Source: Spizellomyces punctatus DAOM BR117 (lineage: Eukaryota). Taken from it: DNA of 64,000 bases. Every line of letters starts with the position of its first letter. Positions within the stretch are counted from its first letter, which is position 1. The translations under genes were made by a program, and so were the position numbers. Shown piece after piece: positions 58,701-64,000 of this stretch. The notes below the pieces were generated by a model. That model searched no databases and was not told the origin of the DNA. It saw only the letters and a list, made by a program, of their open reading frames with translations. The DNA lies in assembly GCA_000182565.2 (NCBI GenBank), contig KQ257469.1, one strand, 5' to 3'.

Positions 58701-61700
58701 CGAAACACGGATGCACGTTCAGATTCAGGCACGGCAACCAAAACATCGGAAATTTTTGAACTCGACCCTCCTCTTCAGACGGTATTTGGTGCACATTTAA
58801 GTGGGCGATTTGAAGATGTTTGCGAGTTTGTGACCATAACGAACATCACCAGTGTCACCCAAAGATATCACATTGTTCTATCAGAGCATTTTTATACTGA
58901 TATGCCGCTTGATGGGGAATTAGAAGGGATGGCGAGCATCGAAATTTTGTTGCGCCTTGACACAGCGTTCTTCGATGAAATTGCTGCCCCAGAAGCCCTT
59001 CACCACCTTGTCATTGGATCAATCACGATTTTTGATGAGAATGAAAAGAAGCTTGGGATGGTCAGTAGTGCATTGCATGGCATTATGGGCGATCTAGTAT
59101 CGTTCGAATGTAGAGAGTCAGTAGATACCATCAAATATCCCTCCCTAAAGGTCATGGAGAAGTTCACGAGAAGGTTCCTACTACGTAATAGAGCCCCCTT
59201 TGAAGTCGTATGGGACGGCCGCTTGATATCTGTTGGGCAGCAGGGCGTTGGACTTCAGGCAGACGGTCTGCCTATGATTGTTCCAACCAGCTCGAACGCC
59301 GCGGAATGGTGTCCCTTCAGTTTGTCAGTGCCCCGTGTCAGTTTAAAACCTTTTGAGTTTTACACCGTTGATATAACTTTCCAAGCTACTAGCTCTGGGG
59401 AGTATCGCGCGAAGCTTTTTATGGAATATGTGGATCCTGTAACTCATGTTGTAAATGCGGAACATCTGCGAGGGAAAACAAAGCGTAGTTTGCGCCAGCT
59501 CCTGTTTTATTGCTCCGTTGGAAATCGCGATTTGGCTCACAATCCGGAGATTTTGACGCATGGAGACACACCCATTGGCGAAAGCCAGTCATGTTCCTTG
59601 ACCTTGATCAACAATCAACCTTTAAACATGCAATTAGCACTTGGTGCGACATCGCCATTTAGGCTTCTGGATACGTGGGCGTCGCTGGGCAAGCAATCAA
59701 AGTGGGAACTTCCGGTCTTTTTCGAGCCGGTAAAAAGCAAGGCGTACAGCGACCTGATTACACTGTGCTTCGGAGGAGTAACACGTACTCTTTCTGTCCT
59801 TGGAACTGGCGGGAGGTCAGGACTGGAATCAAATCTAGCTCAACCCATACGAACGGATTATTTGGAACCTATGGTAAATGACGACGGGGATGAGCAACCG
59901 ATCATGCCAAGCGCATCAAATATCATTCGATTCGGATTTGTTGAGCTCGGCCACCCGAAAAACAAAATCTTTGTCCTGACCAATACTGGCACTTTTGACT
60001 ACGTCGTGAAGAATATTACGTTAAGCGAAGATCAGTGCCTAACCTGGAAATTCTTGGAAGACAGCGGGGGTGATAACAGTTCATCTGCACAGTCTGAGCC
60101 TTGGAGTGCTAATTTTGGATCTGAAAAGTTGGATGATATTGAAAATGACTGGGATGAAATAGATTATCGTGCACGAGAAACCGGCGGCACACCAAGTTCA
60201 AGGGCAGGGTTTGACCGTGGGTCGATCACTGCATCGTCTATAACGGCAGCCCCGCGTCGGCGTCGGTACAAGTCTATTTCACATTCAATGGTGCCTACGG
60301 GTTCTTCCAAGTTATTTCCTTTCCGCTTGCCTCCTTATCAGAAATGTGGTATTCTCCTCACGTTTGCAGGATTTGAAAAGGTATATAGTTGTCTGCCGTT
60401 TGTATCCAATACAATATCTGAGCGAAGTCGCATTAGGGTGAGCGTAACATTTCAATCAAAGTTGAAGTCGAGCGAAGCAGTGGCGAACCAGAAACATACA
60501 TGTTCTGGGTATCTGGAAATCTCCAACCAGCGCTTCAATTATGGGAGAAAAAGATTGAATATGGTGTCCGCGCCGTCCATGTTCGACATGCAAGTATTTT
60601 TCCTTCCCTTAACCTCCCCGATTTGTTATTAACGTAGGTATCTTATCACCACAGAAAGCAGAGATAAAGTTTACGAACACAGGTACAGTCCCACTACCAT
60701 GGAGCCTGACACAGGAAAGCACCAAATACATAGCAATAAAGAAGTTTGACCCGGCCCCACTTCCGAAGGATCTGAACAGCATACCGTCTCCCATATCATA
60801 TTTCCCCAACAATGGAAAGCTGCTACCAGGCTGCACCCAATCAGTTGACATTGCTTTTACCCCAAGTCTCGCTCAATATGAAGTCTTCAGCTACTTTACC
60901 CTCCGAACTGAGGATTTCGCAGAGGCTCCTATTATCGTACATGGTGTCGGTGCATCGTCTCGTCTCACGATAGACGTAGAAGAACTGGACTTCGGGGTAA
61001 TAAGAGTCGGAACAAATAAGGCCTTCAAGCTTAGCTTGCGAAATAAGGGTATTCTGCCCTTGAAGTATTTTGTAGAATGTTCCAACATCCAGTTTGCAGC
61101 GGATCCAGAGCAAGGACTATTGGATGGAGATGGACGGGTGGATATAACGGTCAAATTTACGCCCAAAACTGTTGGACAGCTCACCGCCTTTTTGCGCATC
61201 TTACCTCACTCTGCCGAAGGATATAATGTGGAACCTCTCATGGTTTCACTACGCGGAATGGGAAGCTATCCTGAACTTGTTGTGCTTACCAGGACAGTTG
61301 ATTTTGGCACGGCTTTGTTCATGACGCGAAACGTGCAACCAGTGAAAGTGCAAAACAAAGGGGCAGCCGAAGCTCATATCGTCTTTAGCTGCCACCATCC
61401 TGGTATCAGCTTAGACGGTGGAGAGAAAGGGGTGACAGTGGGTCCCCACACTGTCAAAGACATCAATATAGTCTATACCCCCCAAGTGGTTGAGGTGTTG
61501 AACGTCAAAGCATTTTTGCGGTCATCGGATAGCAGGGGCGATCATTTTATGCTGACTTTAGATGGATCTGTGGGAGTGCCCAAATTGACCTTCGAGCCTA
61601 CGGACATTTTAGAGAATCTGGACTTTGGTGTCTGCGCCGTTAACGGCATTTACAAGAAGACATTTAAAATGGCCAACGAAGGTAACATCAGTTTACCTTA

Positions 61701-64000
61701 TGCCCTGAGTCTGGCGCACATGAAGACAGTCCAGCATGATGCCGAAGGACATGCTATGTCCAAACCCAACTCACCTCGACGTAATGTTATCAATATTGAA
61801 CCGTCATCCGGAATCTTAGCGGTGGGAGAAGTTATTGGAGTTACCATCACCTTCATTCCGGATGGTCTCGCAGAATACGAGTACAATCTCAATCTAAATT
61901 ACGAGTTCCGCACTTCGACTGCTATTGTTAAGGGAACAGGAGGCAGAGCAGTGTTGAAAATTGACTCACCACTACGACTCATCGACTTTGGGATCTGTAG
62001 ATTGCGGAGAGTCTTTAAGAAGCCTTTGACCATATCAAATACGGGAAATTTGGGCGTAGAATATCACCTGCGACCAGAACCAACTGACGGTGATTGGACT
62101 GTTTATAAGGATGAATTCAAGAGGAAGTCACAACTGAAATCCCCACAGACTGTCGATGTAAACGAGCAACCACAGGCTGATATAGTTGAAGACGCCGTCA
62201 AAACCGAGACGGAGGTGCCTGAGGAGCCATTCTGGGTCTCGCAGCTTGCTGCACTCGGCTTCACTTTAAAAAACCCCAACGGATATTGCAAACCTTACGG
62301 GAAAACGGATATCATAATTCAATACTCTCCTTCTGTAGAATCGCTTGTGGCAACACGGCTGCGAGTTTACTTTGGCGAAGAGTTTGAGGATGTCGAAATA
62401 TGCGGTCGGGCGTCCGTCCCTCGATTAACAATTTATGGCCCGTCCAACGAGTTGCTTGGGGGTGCTCCGCAAGAGATTCGAACGGTGGATCTCGGGGTCC
62501 ACCCGATCAACTCGGAACACGTTCATACGTTGCAGTTAAGAAACGATGGGCCGTTCGGGGTCGATTACCTGGTTCAGCCTATTGGTATCCGGGAATTTGA
62601 TGTGCAGCCACTTCGCGGATTTATTCTTCCTGGAATATCGAAGCCTCTTCGAGTTTACTTTCGACCCAATTCGGAAAACAAGTTCCAAACTACTATGAAG
62701 GTGCTGTGGGAGAAAGAGCCACTACGCTTGCACCTAGTGGCAAGAGGCGGCATCGGCAAACTAGAGATTGTCTACGCAGATGAGAAGGACCTGGCCATAA
62801 ACGGACTAGACTTTGGCATGGTGCCTTTCAATAGCTCAGCGGAAAAGCACTTCTTCCTGTATAACGTGGGAATGGTTGAGATCTCGATGCAGGCGGATAT
62901 CGACAATGATGAATACGCCATGTCCATCTTAGGTGATCCCACGCCGTACCATCCGCAAAAAAATGTGAAGCCCCAGTCCCCTACCAAACGTACGGTTTGG
63001 AATTGGTATTCTACGTTGCGAACGGTGATACCTCCTGGCACTGGAGTTGAGGTTGTAGCTCGCTTTATTGCGCGATCGCCCACAGTTTCGGCGGGCAATG
63101 TGCAGGTCAGATCTGAAGGCGGCTCCTTTATCGTACCAATGCGAGGGAAAGGAGGCACCATTCAAATTTCCCATAAAGGCGATCTTAACATGGGCGATAT
63201 TGCAACTAACTACACTTACTCTCGTAAAATTGTCATCGTCAATAGCGGATCTATACCATCGAGTTTGACAGCCGAGTGGCTAGTTGTAGGTCATTCAAGC
63301 GAACCATCCTCGGCGTTTATTCAACTGGCGGACAATTTCACTGCATTGGACCCACGATCTAGGTGGGCAAAACAACAACTTTGCCGGGAGCGCGGAGTTG
63401 CGGAGATTACCATGAATGCAAAGGATCGCTGGCGACTGATTGCTCTTATGATACGGAAGGCAGAAGTATTGGAAGACGATACTATCAGCGGGGATCCCCT
63501 TAGTAAACTGTGGGGATCAACCCTTGGAAAAATCCGAACCTTAATGCAGCAAACTCCAGTCGCCCAGCAACCTCCTTCGGCAGCCAATACAAGTAGCTCT
63601 CTTAACTCTCAGGTGGACAGTAGCGCTACAAATAGTGCGACCAGTGTCCAGCCAGGCCGCGCAAGCTTGACCGGGGGCCCTAGTCAGAGCGTTTTGCAAA
63701 AGAAGGGTCTTCCCGCTCACTATTCCGCTCAATTCAAGCGCCGTCAAATGTTTTTCCATCTTATCACGAACACACAGCTGACGAGCCAATCACTACCTAC
63801 GACAAGACCGTACATTAAAGTGGAGCCAGCCACATGCATTCTGCCCAGCTATGGAGAAGTCACCTTGAACGTGGAGATCAACTTGGCTACTGAAGACACA
63901 TTCTTGGCGACTCTCGTGATTCGACCAAGCGTGCTAAACACTCCTCCTCACGAAATCTCCCTCACGGCTACACCAAAGGCGGTAAATATAGTCTGTGACG
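55792..64000 (+). CDS. Giant ASH/PapD-like Ig-repeat flagellar protein (Hydin/CFAP47/CFAP65-like superfamily), runs off the window
   Basis: Helical N-terminal exons from MQEEKRVFPL (start uncertain), then many LDFG-x-N repeats (LDFGMCPK..FTIANL, LDFGPTD..TLKNR, IRFGFVEL..VLTNTG, LDFGVIRV..SLRNKG). The final exon, about 60655-64000, is absent from the ORF track, consistent with having no stop in the window. Confidence 0.85.

Overview
Gene-dense, intron-rich eukaryotic DNA from a flagellated early-diverging fungus. It is probably a chytrid, most likely Spizellomyces punctatus or a close relative; this is inferred from the Fanzor element, the short GT-AG introns and a giant ASH-domain flagellar gene. 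About 27 protein genes and one tRNA-Phe can be supported. The standout is a complete 2,136-bp non-autonomous transposon (35495-37630) with 23-bp perfect terminal inverted repeats and a TA target duplication inside a palindromic CATATG site. It encodes an intact, NLS-bearing, TnpB-derived RuvC nuclease (Fanzor1, SpuFz1-like), followed by a structured omegaRNA that runs through the right end into flanking DNA. The reconstructed empty site is exactly TAM (CATA) plus guide, so this is a eukaryotic RNA-guided DNA endonuclease programmed against its own empty allele. The Fanzor family is already described; this copy appears to be a diverged paralogue with a shortened omegaRNA. Secondary leads: a head-to-head pair of an atypical Hsp70 (HSPA12-like) and a GrpE-like protein, a SNAPC5-like small gene head-to-head with a NUFIP1-like gene, an intronless secreted Cys/Trp-rich protein, an EF-hand-bearing mitochondrial G3P dehydrogenase, and several degenerate repeats. 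Exon boundaries were read by eye, and all family assignments rest on motifs recalled from memory, not on database searches.
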